Position numbers and translations under genes: made by a program. A stretch of DNA of 63,390 nucleotides, the filler included, from Sphacelaria rigidula (taxonomy: Eukaryota): the NCBI GenBank assembly GCA_964200075.2. It is 11 parts of 11 records of this genome, joined end to end, with 100 filler letters (N's around TTAATTAATTAA, not from the genome) between each part and the next. Parts side by side here need not be neighbours in the genome. Positions count along the whole stretch, not along the records: positions 23,089 to 28,760 come from CAXNAA020025386.1; positions 28,861 to 34,532 come from CAXNAA020025387.1; positions 34,633 to 40,304 come from CAXNAA020025388.1; 8 more parts are not named here. The stretch is one strand, 5' to 3'. The notes below the pieces were generated by a model that searched no databases, was not told the DNA's origin, and saw nothing but the letters and a program-made list of their open reading frames with translations. Positions 23,274 to 36,736 of this stretch are shown here, piece by piece; positions within the stretch are counted from its first letter, which is position 1, and each line of letters starts with the position of its first letter.

Positions 23274-23469
23274 TTGTTCCCAGGACCGAAGCTCTTAAGA
23301 GGAGGGCGGCGCGTGCACTGCGCCAAGTAAGTTGACCAGGGATTTTAGTGGGAGGTCGTCTAGCCGGAGCCTTGTTCCCAGGACCGAAGCTCTTAAGAGG
23401 AGGGCGGCGCGTGCACTGCGCCAAGTAAGTTGACCAGGGATTTTAGTGGGAGGTCGTCTAGCCGGAGCC
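23274..23469 (+). repeat. Perfect 2 x 98-bp tandem duplication within one arm of an inverted repeat (other arm ~25330-25505)
   Basis: 23274-23371 is identical to 23372-23469; ttcgggtaatcggcacacgaa matches the rc of ttcgtgtgccgattacccgaa at ~25337. Confidence 0.9.
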
Positions 23470-25916
23470 TTCGGGTAATCGGCACACGAACTCGATAGCG
23501 AAACTCGCTTACGGGGTATAAGTTTTAGGTTGGGTTTCCTCCTTCCGTCAAGGGAAAAAACAAAAAATACGCTCATTATTTCTTTCGTCGCGCGCTTTTA
23601 GATTTGTTCTAGCTTTCCTCCCAAACTTCACAAATCAGCAAATAAATGAACAACGCAAGCTTTATTAGAATATACCTGGCAAATGCTAATACTATTATAG
23701 TCGCGTACACGGTGTATCACGTACGATACTGACCGCCATGAGCAACTGAAGAGGGTGACGAGACACACAGCCGGATCAACCCCCGACCCGAGAGAGTTGA
23801 TCACCTGGACACGCGTGATATATATTATTATTATTAGAGAGTCAGAGTGGAAGGAAAAATGGCCGGTAACGGTGCACTTTCCGTTATTATGAAGGTTTTT
23901 TCAGAGCGATTTTTTTAGAGTGAGAGTGCCGTTTGCACCACCTCACTCTGAAAACCGATGTTCCTCTTCAGAGCCCATAGCGGAATGAAGAAGGACCACG
24001 CCCACCTTCACCGCCATGGTCACATTCAGTCCAAAGTCAACACACCCTAGCAAGCAAAGTGGGACATTCATCATCCATCAAAACTGTCGTACTCATCACA
24101 ATGAGCCATTCACGAAGTAGAAAAGCTTGGCATGGGAATCAGAAGACTTCCCTGACGCCGCCATGGTATCAGCATTCGCCTGGTTGTGTTGCGTGAATAT
24201 TTAAATGCTCGACGGGCACACGTTGTTACTCTTGGGTCCAGTTTCTCACTCTTGCCAGCCTCAGCTGTAAGAAGGCGGTGTGGACGACTCGTAGTCTGCA
24301 ACGCACAAGCAGTACTACACATGGCCACATTGCCATTCCGTTAGAGGTCATGACTTCTTGAATCACACTTATTATGGGTGGCATGTTGCGAAATCATCAC
24401 GATGCGGCCTTGTCTGTTGTTCGAAAGTGCTGCCTACTGCCTACTACTTACTGTTGTGTTGCTGTATTACTGTACAACTGACTGTACCGCATCACTGTAG
24501 TTCACCGTACCGCGATGTACTGCTGTAGAGTTCTGCATTGCACTCTCTATACTGCACTGGCTGTAGTGTACACTGCACAGCCCTACACTACAGTACCCTG
24601 TGGTGCGCCGTGGTGGATTGAAGTACTACAGGTGCAACGAAGCGTGGTGTACGGCACGTACGGTGCCGCAGGGTATGGTGCAGCATACGCTGTTTTGACT
24701 GGTGCATTTTTGAACTGCACATCATTGCACGCCGGACGATCGCACATTTATTTGGCGGCATAACCTGCGACCAATCACTGCGGGAAAAAAAGTCCACATC
24801 AAGCCACGTCACATCAGCTTCCGCGATAGACTTTTTAGCGTCCACTCTGCGCTCTGACTCTATGATCAAAAACAAAATCTTCCGAAACTCTCTACTGTTA
24901 TACTATTATATATATGTGTGCAATTTTTCATTGAACGATGAGACCGTTACTTTCTGTTGTTTTTCAGAGAACGGCGGCGGCGGCGGGGGGGAGGGGGGCA
25001 GATTTGGGACGACGTTTGACCCCGTATTTGGCCCCCGAACAGGGGATAAATCGCCGTCACATATGTCTTGGACACTTTGCATCACCCCACAGCGAGAGGA
25101 GCCTGACCCACTTTTCCGATTTGCTTGGATACGAGATTTCAAGAGTGGCCTCTAAACGAAAATACAGCTGGATTATCATGAGCTGCTACATGTTTTTTGG
25201 GGGGAAATACGATTTTATTACTTGTTGCAACTGCTTCGCATCATTCGTGACGTTAGTTTGATTTTTTTCCTTGATGGAAGGAGGAAACCCAACACAACAC
25301 TTACCCCTCAAGCGATCGCAGGCGGTCGCTAGCGACTTCGTGTGCCGATTACCCGAAGGCTCGGCTGGACCACCTCGCGGCAGTCATGTGGGGAAGGCGC
25401 CTCGAGCGGTGGCTCAAGACAGTGTGAGGGATGCTCCCACTGAACCCCCCCTGTTAACTTGGCGCAGTACACGCGCCGACTTGCTCTTGCTTGAGAGCTT
25501 CGGCCCTAAAAAATTGTTTTACCATTTGAACCTCATTTTTGTGTTCGACCTCATTTTTGAGTATCGGTTGTTTGGATACGAAATAATGTGAGCACGTTGC
25601 GGATGTTCAGGAAACGATCAGTTTGACCATCGAACCAGTGAGCGCTTACTACAGTAGCTCGGTTGGCAAACTGTGCGCTTCCTGGACAAAATATATGCTG
25701 CGTGGTCCGTCCCGGCATGACACATCGCAGTGATCTCCGGGGCCCCTTGCCCCTTGCAAGTCTCATTGTTCACATCTCAAACTCATTCCCTCCACAAGCA
25801 TCGATCAGGCCGGGACTCGCTCTATCTCTTATCCAGGAAGCGAACAGTTTACCCAGTGAACCAGTGAGCGCTCACTGTTTTAATGGGCTGGAATGTGTGA
25901 CAGGATCGCGTGCTTA

Positions 25917-26722
25917 GGGGACCGCATCGTAGTTCAAAACACCTCAGGATCGATGTTTTTCACAATCATTCGGGCCAGTCCCTGCAGGGACCACGCCCCT
26001 GACCCCAACCCCAACCCCAACCCTAACAAAAGGGATGTTCAAATTCCGATGCGGTTCTCTGAGCACGCGGTCATCTCACGCATTGCACTCAGTATTTCAG
26101 GGTATCCAGAGTATCGACACCTCAGAATATTATCCTAAATCGTACCCCCTACACCGTCTTGAGCACCCTTGAAGGCATCCGTCCCATACTTCGGATTGCG
26201 GCAATTGAATCGACGAAACAAACTGACTCAAAAATACTGATACTCCGCCGCCTGCCCACACATGACAACCTGGGTATGTGATGGTACTTTAACATGATGC
26301 CAGTCTCTGCAGCGATTGGGAATCGCCGAACGAGGACACACGAAAGACACCGGCGAGGAGCTTCCTCTCCGCCGTTGCTCCTCTGGTGACATCGTCATCG
26401 ACACGCGTGTGCACCGTACCACTAGATAGATGAAGAAAGTGTGTCATCTTCCCCTGCCGAATTGCACCCCCAAGCGCGACCTAGACCGTTCACTATGCTG
26501 TACAAATCTTGCAAGAGTTTTTTTAACGGCTGTACTGTGTGGAAGGACCGCGTGCCATAAAGGGGGGCCGCACCGGAGTTTAGACATCCCTATGGTTGTG
26601 GGGACGGTTAGGGTTAGGGTTAGTGTTGGCGTTAGGGTCAGGGGCATAGTCCCTGTAGGGACTGGGCCGATTTGTTTTGAAAACGTCGATCCTGGGGTGT
26701 TTTGAACTACGACGTGGCCCTC
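25917..26722. mobile_element. ~800-bp MITE with ~110-bp TIRs ending internally in telomere-like (CCCTAA/TTAGGG) repeats
   Basis: tta|ggggaccgcatcgtagttcaaaacac..gaccccaaccccaaccccaaccctaac versus gttagggttagggttag..ttttgaactacgacgtggccctc|taa. Confidence 0.85.
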
Positions 26723-28860
26723 TAAGCCGGCGGCCCTCTCACGCATCACAGGGTAAGCTGTGGGTAAACTATTCGATTCCTGGACAGTGTAAACGTCGAG
26801 AAATCACTACAAACAAATATCCGCAGGCACCGTTTTTGTCCATCCAGCAAGGGCATGCCGGGAGAAAATGTGTGGACAACACGTAATCCCTAAGATCGAA
26901 AAATTGAGTTTTGAAGAGGGGGGGGGGGGCGGGTGGGGACACCAAGCCTGTTATCCCCTAGTATATAGCCGAGGCGTTGGCGTATGCGGTCAGTTGCTCT
27001 GTAAACCCGTGCGCACGAGTAATTACTGCAGACCGATTCGGGCCACTGTTCGCCACTTAGATCACTTAGCATAATATTATCATTGAGTTTATCAGGTCAT
27101 GTTCCGTGTCGAGTGCCTCGCCGGGTACCTACCAGCAGCCCGGCCAAGTTTGGCAAGGCGTGAGATAATGTTATGTCGCTGTTTTCGCTACAGGCTGTCG
27201 CTGCTGTGTGCTCGTGTTATTCATGTGTGTGAGCGTGATCGGCATCCGAGGTCATCGGGACAGAGCGAGCATGGGGAAGAAGCAAACATACGAACGTCGC
27301 AAAGCCCATCAGACGTTTCGGGCGTTGTCAGTGTTTCTTGGTCAGTTTCTTCAACACTATTCAACAACAGAAATCACAACAAAGTTCTGCGGATGATTAA
27401 ATTCTGAGTGATGAGCGCAAACCATTACATTCTCGTTCTAGTCCCGTTTCCCCCTTATCATTACTACGGCTGATGATGTAAACAGCAGAAATTCAGGTTT
27501 CAAACTGTTGTAATACAGTTTACGTTTCCGAAACGTCGCTCGCCGTGGCGGTCACGCGTGCCCCTCTTCACGGGACGAAGGGTTACATTGTACGTTGCAA
27601 ATACGTCAATTAATTGATGAGGAGGGCGCTTGCTTACATCAGGTCGGTGGTGGTCTCGCTCCTCGGCCCAAACAAGTGCCCACGGCGGAATAAGGATGCA
27701 CAGCCACGAAACAAATATCGCATCAAGTAGGCTCATGGAGACTACTTAGGCAGGCTGGAGTGCACCTCGAGCACTCCGATCGCACTTTGATCACTGGTGG
27801 TGACGGTACCCGTTGTCGGTTTGGTACAACAGCTGTCATATGGTAAGTAGCTAATGCAGTGGCTGGGGTCTCTCAGTATGAGTGCCAGGAGGTACCATGG
27901 TGTCAGCCTCACCAAGCTCCCACGTGGGCAAACTCACACAGACCTAGCTATCTATCCTTGACTTATCACAAGTAGATTCATTCATGTTCAGACTCTTGAT
28001 AAGGAACTCACGTGTTTGCTTAGCATCATCTTTTATCTACAAGCCTCCCTTTCTCAGTACAGCCGCAAGGCAGCCATAGGAGCAGAACGTAGTGATGGCC
28101 CAGGATAGACCACGGCAAGGGCAGCAACTGATTAGATGGGACGCCGCAGCTCAGATGGGGTGTAGCAACCCTAACTCATGACAGTAGCAAACGCGATAAC
28201 AACGCGTCACGGAATCCAGGGTCTACGAGCAGACCCGCACAGAGTATATCTTGCAACGCCTCTGAGCTTCATCACACTAGCCCATCCTAGACGAGTCCTT
28301 ATGCAGTTGAATTACATCACCTCGGCACAATGCAATTACGCCGAGGAATTTCATAATTCAACGAGAAAGGGCTCTTCTACACTACACTCGTGCAAAAGAA
28401 TGAAGCGAAGAAAAAATAATTTCTCTCCCACACCTTCAAAAAGCGAGCATCGCTGCGATCCGATACATCATCAAACGTTCAATCCACATGAAGGAAAACG
28501 TTGTATATACGTGACACTGACGCAACTATGTTGAACAAGACAACACACACGCAAGTCCATCTACAAAGTAAAGCACTAAATGGTACGCACGCGTAGACTT
28601 TCATCTACAAACGGAACAAGGACGGAATGCCAGACAATCCGGGAAAAGGGGAGGGAAAACGCAGTTGCGGCATAGCATCGCGGCAACTACTCTGGTCGAA
28701 CGTAGATCCAAGTGAGCTCCACATCTTTGTTCGACTCCGTCCCGGAACATCCGTCGCGTANNNNNNNNNNNNNNNNNNNNNNNNNNNNNNNNNNNNNNNN
28801 NNNNTTAATTAATTAANNNNNNNNNNNNNNNNNNNNNNNNNNNNNNNNNNNNNNNNNNNN

Positions 28861-28932
28861 TGATGCACCCACATACACCGAAAGATGTAGACTGGTGCCC
28901 AGAATAAATGGGACGACAACACAACACACACA
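28861..28932 (+). mobile_element. SINE 3' end
   Basis: cccacatacaccgaaagatgtagactggtgcccagaataaatgggacgacaacac matches the SINE 3' end. Confidence 0.8.
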
Positions 28933-29692
28933 GTATATGCGGAGTTTGTGCTAATCTGCGGTAGTCTGTCAGCACTTGCATTGGCTGTGTTCAAATGTTC
29001 GTACTTCACGTTTGTGCAAGCGAAGCAGGAACGCAATGAAAAGGCATACAACCTTACAGGGATTGTGTACTATGAAAGAAGATTGTCAGGCAAGGGATCC
29101 GTTAAGCCAGCACCAGCACTCACTCATGTGGTCTATCGAAGGAACCACTGCACCTCACAGGCGGCACATGTACAACAGTACCTACTCCGTTCAGATGATC
29201 CTCACTTCTCCAAACCCTGTACATGCATTGTAGCCTTAGCAGGGTTCTACGTAGTGCCACTGTCGCTCTGGACCAAGTCGCCTTACCCCACTGTACGGAC
29301 TGTTCTATGGGCACTGTTCGTGCGCTATCATTGAGGTGGTCTTGAAGCTAGTAGTCTTGTGTCACGCGATACACATGGATTACAAGTATGTCACGGAAAA
29401 TACTGTTCTGAAAATACAGGTACCAGAACCAGCGCCAGCACCCAGTGTTGCGCATTGTTTAGTGTCACGTTTCTTACCACGTAAATCAAAGTCAATACAC
29501 GATGGAATCAGCAGGCTTTATAACGCATGAAATCGCAGTCATGCTGGCCTCCAACTTCAGAAAATACCAGTCTCTCCCTCTCACAAGAACTCCAGCTCAA
29601 CTGCACTCATCGCAGCGCACAAACTGATCATTAATGTTTCCCAACCCCAGACAAAAAAGATACTGACATGAATACGACTGTTGCAAGGGCAG

Positions 29693-30152
29693 TAGGGAAT
29701 ACCCAATACTCGACATTTTTAAGAAGTCACACTCTTGGTACCCGCACATTTGGATAGATTGTTGATGTCATACCAAATCTACCCAAATGTTGGGTACAGT
29801 ACTTTTGACCGTACCCAATCTGCCCAAATTCAGGGTAGAGGATCTAGGCCATACCCAAGTGATACTCTACACCCAGGTATTGCTGAGAACACTTATCCAA
29901 ATTTTGGATGGAGTATCGAACTCATACCCAATTTACCCAATTTAAGGGTAGAGTGTTGGTGTCACACCCGAGTGATATTCCATACCCCGGTATTGCCGAC
30001 AATACTTGCCCAAAATTCGGTCAGAGTATTTGAGGTCGTGCCCAATCCACCCAAAATCCGGGTAGAGTATTTGAGACCGTACCCAATCTATCGTAATCTT
30101 GGTAGGGTTAAATACTCGAGTTTTTTCATCGAGTATTCAAAAGTATATTCCT
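29693..30152. repeat. TACCCAA/TTGGGTA-rich repetitive element; related piece at ~30835-31010
   Basis: Dense short repeats tacccaa / gggtagag; approximate TIR agggaatacccaatactcga / tcgagtatt..tattcct. Confidence 0.55.
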
Positions 30153-31033
30153 CACCCGACCTGTACTTGGCGTTGTCGATCGGAAAAATGCGGGGGAAAG
30201 GTACGAAGGGGCGCTTGAGCCTATCCTGCAGACCGCGCCAGATACTACCCGTTCACAGAACAATACAAACCCCACACAACTCATTCTCAGCTGCTACCGC
30301 AACCGTGCAGCATAGAGTACGAGCTAGGCACACACAGGGATAGACACTCTCCAGTCGTTGGGTATGATGTGTTTATTTTGTTTTGGCGAACACTTGAGCA
30401 TCTTCCTTCACAGTAAAGATCGATGGCGGAACTGCGTGGTGGAGTGGACGAGCGGTTTACGTAGACTCACGCACTGTGCAGGCAGTACAAAGCTGTACGT
30501 TGTGCAAATCATTTCCACTTCGCACTGTGAGCAGAGAGTACAGATAGTCGTGCGGTATCTGCTCGGCACGCTGCCCGCTTCTGTCATATCCTACGGTACG
30601 AAACGCCCACACACACACACTCAGGCACACTGTATGCATACAGCGCAGATAGTACAGTGCTGTACTGTAGACATGCGAACAATTACCGCGTCAAGAATTC
30701 CCTTGTCTTTTTTCGATCGAAAGGTAGCGAATTCGCTTGGACCCAACTCGCGGGAAATGAACAAATTCGCTCAAATGAGTTCCACCGCACTTTTTTTTCT
30801 ATAAAAAAATGATGTGCTGGGACGCGGCCCACCCTATATCTGGGTAGACAGTTGACATCTTGCCCAATCTACCAACACATTGGGTAAGGTATTAGATCGT
30901 ACCCAACTTATCCAATATTTGGGTGAGAGTATTGGGGTCATACCCGCGTGATGCTGTATACCCAGGTATTTGCTGAGAGTGCATACCCAATATTTGGGTA
31001 AAGTATTGATGTTCCGCTCATGTGATACTCTAT

Positions 31034-31511
31034 GGCCGCTTCTCATCGTCTGAAAACGGACGCTCTGAGGACTGCCCTTTTTGAGTCCTTCATCTCGAAT
31101 TTCTGGTGGAATACAGGCCTTGGCGCATTTGGCTTCCTCTGAAAGATTTGCCATGTTTTCCACGAGGATTCTAGCGCACTTTTGCGATTTTTTGTAGGCC
31201 CAGTTTTACTTTTGGCCGGATTCCCGATTTTTCAAGTCGTCCCAAAAATTATCCAATTGTCGGGAAAAAACACGTATCCAACCCGACAACTCTAAGATTT
31301 TGAGGCCGACTGAAAAAAGTCAGGATCCGGTCGAAATTAAAACTGGGCGTACAAACAATGGAAAAAATGCGCTAGAATCCTCGTGAAGCAAATAGCAAAT
31401 CTTTCCGAGGAGGCCAAACCCGCCAGGGCCCGTATTCCGCCAATAATCCGTGATGAAAGGTTCCAAAGGGCAGTTCTCAGACAGATCTTTTTCAGCCTAT
31501 AAAAAGCGGCC
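31034..31511. mobile_element. Foldback MITE (whole element palindromic)
   Basis: cacgaggattctagcgca / tgcgctagaatcctcgtg and ttgtcggg / cccgacaa pair around a loop at ~31265-31281. Confidence 0.85.
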
Positions 31512-34500
31512 TCAGGGTGAAGACTGTGCGCTTAGACCGCTTTGGAGGGGATAAATCTGTACTCGAACAAATTTGAGGATTTCAACCCGTCTGCGGGCGA
31601 TGTTCTCCCATGGATTCTTTTTCGGATCCCAGCCCGCTGAACAGTGTTTGTCGGCTAGCTGTGATGAAATCGATCAATCCTCCGATTCTCTGAACGCTGA
31701 GTTTTGGGATGTCACCTCTTTGCTCAAACTGGGACACTCCCCAATATGTGTGCGCGAGGGACAGACTTGGGCCGCAAATCTATTTGTTGTTTACGCATAT
31801 GCGGGAGTTTCTCGATTTGAGCAAAAAAGTGACCCAACAGAGGTCGATGTGCAGAGAATCGGAGAATTTTTATGGTTTTCCCACAGCTAACCGAGAGCGG
31901 GCAAAAAAATACATCAACGGGAGAAAACCGCCTGCAGACGGGCTGAGATCCTTAGATCCGTGTCAAGGACAGATTCTTGAACATAGGAAACGGTCTTGGC
32001 CCTACAACATAACACGATTTTTGCAGCTCGCGGTGTCGTCTTTACCCTAGGGCCGTTCCTCTCTGTTCCAGACCATGTTCTGAGTTTTCGAGTTCAACAC
32101 ACCAGGAAACTCACTAAGAGCCCGAAATTCGACAGATGGCGCACAATGGTACATGAATAACATGGTTGAAGACAGATTTCGGCGGGGGATGCATGGTAGC
32201 GCAGGGGACGAGGAACGTAGCCGCTCCGGAGGGTGCGTTGTACAGTGATTCCAGGGATGGCATCCACCATTCCGGTCTGGATGACAAGATAATGACATCA
32301 TTTTTCTCTCGGGATACTTATATTTGAAATATGGGAGTATTATCGCTTTTGGGACCGACCCCCCACGAACACAGGGTTTAACCTGTGTTGGTGAAATAAT
32401 AAAAAACAAGTTTTTGAGCGACCTGCCCAATCACGGCGAGGCGAAATTTTTCGACCAGACCCGAACAACTAGTGCTGGGATTGTTGGCGACTATGATGCC
32501 ACTGTAAAGATCGTGTGTGGACCCTATCCCTGGCCCAGATGAGCCTTCGGTGGTTTCCAAGTGCAGGGCGGTCGGAACTTGGTTATATGATATGACTTGC
32601 ACTCAGTATACCGTTCCCGAGTTTTCCGGTGGGTGTTTTGGGTCACAATTTCATACTAAAACGTAGTAATTACACCAACACAGGGTCGACCGGAAAAGCC
32701 GGGAAGGAGTGTACATGCTACGATGTGGTCATTTTCACCACGCCCTAAAACCAGGTGGGCTGTGGAAAGACAAAATGATCTACTGTCATGAGTTCTGCTT
32801 ATCCCTCTGGCGATGACTGGCAGGGTGCAATGAACAAGTACGTGGTGGATGGGGATCGAGAAGCTGTATATAGGCAACTGATCACGGTAGCTGAAAACTG
32901 CCCAGAGTGTGCAAGGGTGTATGCAGCTGCAGCTGCTGCTTTAGTCGGAGAGGGGTACTACACTGTACTGTATACTATACCATTGTATGCATGAGCGCCG
33001 CGACGCTACCCCCCTTCGAAGAGAATTTAACGCATGCAACAAGGGGGGAAATGGAGGCCCACCCCGACCACAAAGGGCTGTGTGTCAAGGTGATGGGAAC
33101 AATAGTATCATCCCAAGCCACAAGTGGCGGGCGGCCCGCCGGTCGCCGCATCCTGTTGGACGCTAGCTCTTTACCACGACTCATACTGCTTGCTACATAA
33201 GATGTACACCACCTAATGCGCTCCCTGCACCTGAAAAACGTTCGGATGAAACTTTCGGTCTTCGTCATAACCGTGCGGTTACATACGCGGCTTTTCCGCA
33301 ACACGCCACTGTTTTGTGCAGACGCCAGACACGTCATTCCTGACCAGCCTACTTGGTCGTTCTGGAGGCCCGGTCTCAAAAGGGTTGAGGAAGAAAAAAA
33401 CTCCTTTTTCAGAGATTTCATGTACACATATCCTCCCTCCCCGAATTGAATGTCCCACGGGTGGTATTTACCGGTTTGGCCGGTTGCACACCAATAGCGA
33501 TGCACGTAAACACACGAATACGTTGGTAGAACGTTTAAAAGTTAACAGTCAGACGAAGTTTTCATGGAGAAAAATCCCGAATCTGCACAGACCCTAGCCT
33601 GTGCAAAATCAAGGTGACTTATTTGCGGAAATCACATTGCAGAAACCTCATTATGGTTCAACGGATTTGTTGAATCTGGTTCTGTACACAAAGGGGCATT
33701 TTTTGCAGGGACGTGGTACAACGTTCTAGTGAAGCCGAAGAACAGGCAAGCGGTGGATCAACCTCCGTCGACAGGGTCGTACCGTGATACCGTCGGGTAT
33801 AGTACAGTCTAGTACTGTACCCCGTGGTATTATCCCAGTATACGATAATGCCGTTCGGTAATACATGATGGTACAGTCAGTACTACGAGGACACGGTGCG
33901 TGAAGAGTACAGCACGAATGCAGTACCGTGCATCATCCTGCAAGTACCACGACAACAAATAGTAGGATGGTACAGAACCGTTCGTTACGGTGATACGCAG
34001 CCATGTAGTGCAGTATGTTACCATGGCCGCAGGGCACGGTACCAACGCGTTTTATCCGCCTGTCAAACCCCGTGTGCACTACCTGTGCTACGAAGCTACC
34101 CCAGCACCTGGCACGGGTAGGCACGGTCTGTGCTGTCACACGAGACTCTGCTGCTGCGGTTCCAAAAAGATCAAATCCCTCTTGTCCTATCATCGTAGGT
34201 CACTGTACATACGTCACCTTCTTACGGATTGGAGGGGGGGGGAGGCTCCACTTTCCCCGGATATGTAGCGCAGATCGAGAGTTCTGGTGCGAAAATCGAA
34301 AATCTGGATCTAGGCTCCCATCTTTGGGTCCATGAAGAATGACTTCATAATCTGTGCTCCCCCGAACTGCGTACATATTGGCAGTTGTGTCATCATCGAA
34401 ACCAGACTCATCCCCGCCGCCTCCATTCTTCCCCACCGGGGATGAAATATCTCCATCCCTTCCCCAGACACGATCGGAGGGGTGTAGGGGGGGGGGGGGG

Positions 34501-36736
34501 GGGGGCCCTCATGGTCAGGCCCCCCATAGTCANNNNNNNNNNNNNNNNNNNNNNNNNNNNNNNNNNNNNNNNNNNNTTAATTAATTAANNNNNNNNNNNN
34601 NNNNNNNNNNNNNNNNNNNNNNNNNNNNNNNNAGCACTGCTTTAGGCTTGAGCCTCATCTCGAAGTTAAACCTCAATTCGCACAATTTGTTGTTGTTTGC
34701 TTCTCGGTTACAACGTGTCAAGGCAAAAACAAGGTTGGATAGCAGCAGCGATTATAGTACTTGGGGCGGGGGATTGCACTTCAAGTACCTGCTATCCTGT
34801 TGAATGCATATACATATGGCGCCGCTGTCATGCAACATGCACCCCAAGTATCACTATGCAAAAACCAAAGCATATGGCGACAGCGGCGTCAGATGTGAAC
34901 GAGTCCAACGTTACTCCGTCCAGCGGCAACGCCCAGAGCTTAAACTTGAAGCAGTGGGGCTGAATAACGGATAATCACGTTGGGAGCAAGCAAATGCCGA
35001 ACGACTGACGGAAGTACGCAAGCATTGGTGCAATGCGAAATCCAGCAGTAGTACAGTACAGTACAACACAGGACAGTCGCTCATCATCAGGTGTCCACTG
35101 CAACACATCAATTTCATGTCGCGAAAAATCTCAAAATATTCCGCATTTATATAGTGAAATGTAGGGAAGTGCTTCAATTTGGCTCAACAGTCAAGTCCAT
35201 CGGTATTGAGTAACATCAGGTAATATCTCGGCGAACAGTAAGGCACGATTGATGTAGGATACTGGTGAGGGTTAACTGGTAGCATTCAAATGACAAAAGT
35301 ACGCCGCATCAGGTCACAGGAAGATGGGTATCAGCCTCGTTTGTGCACTGTGCGAGTGTTGAGAAAGGTCATGTTTCGTGATAGGATGCACACAGCAGAC
35401 GGTCTGTTGTCATACAAATTTAACAGCAATAGACAGTACAGAAGTCAAACGTTTGATTCAAACAGCATGGTATAGGATATCTCCGATTTTTGACAGGGCA
35501 CAGCAAGCTCCAAATCAAGCGTTATCCACACGGTATCCAGTAAGCCGTGAAATCAATCCAAGCATGTAGCACGATGTCATCAGTATGAACTCTCCATTAT
35601 CTTTCCTTCCCTTGGTTTGTAGTATGTCATAACAAAAAGGGAGGTTGGCTGACCACATCGCCAGATTCGTCGGCGTCTCATGCATGCAGTCAGCGATATA
35701 GTCAGCGCGGCCGATTCAATGACCCGCAGTTATGCAATAATATGTACAGACTACATGAATATTCATGTTGACTGTACGTTATGAAGTATAAAGACCACCT
35801 GAGCTGTAACATCTTGAAGTTCAAGTCATGTCCTTGCTAAAACAATCTGGCACAGTGATAAAAGCTAGATTGCACTGTGTTTTTCTTATTTCATATGAAG
35901 GATCGAATCTCTCAGCCGCTGTTACGAACATCGTTTTGCATCGTGGTACCGACCCGAAGGTGTGACTAGCGCAGATTATATTATACGACACAATAGTCCC
36001 GGTTGGAAGCACCATGATACAAACGGAATGGTGTTGGCCATAGTGGTCGTCCACATGCATGTCTCTACTGTACAAGTCGAGTACTAGAGCGAAACGACAA
36101 CAGGATTTCGGTCATGCAGGTTACGAGGTTTTGCTAGCTCATGCAAATATTACTTACTTTTACTATTATATATGGTTACACATTTCACCATTCCATTTGG
36201 CACAGTTAGATTTTACTATCATGTCAACCTTCTAGCATCTGCTCGCTGCTGGAATCAAACATCCTACTGTCTCACCGTTACTCTTGAAACAATCGTAAGC
36301 TCACAGCATGTGGGAAAGTCCAATGCAGAACGATACACGACGAACGTCACGATATCTTGATCACCACTTCAGATCGATTCGATTTATCTTTCTACTTGGT
36401 GGGATTTACCTCAGCACTCAAAAGAGAGTGAATCCCAGGGTGCCAGCTGGATCGATTCTTGTAAAGAACAGGATCGAACCAGATGTGAAGAGGCATGTTT
36501 ATATATGCCGTCTTTTGACGGATTACACCGCCTTCACCCCTGACCACGGTACTAGCTAGTTCCCGCAATAAGCCCTCCGGGCATAGTGTCGTTTTGAAAC
36601 CGACGGCCCATCATTGTACTATCTCCATCACGCTACGCTGCGATCCGTAACACTTAGTCCAAATCCGTGTCCATAAAATGCGTTCCCCGATTTTTTGTCC
36701 CCCCGATTTTGAAAAAATCAAGATTCCACACCTCGT

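Noticed and set aside
24110..24360. Possible second decayed BED finger on the minus strand
   Set aside because: Only a YCLC-like fragment among stops
34200..34532. Possible exon on the minus strand (..DYEVILHGPKDGSLDPDFRF..KK|gtgac)
   Set aside because: No recognisable motif, no partner exon, and truncated by the contig end
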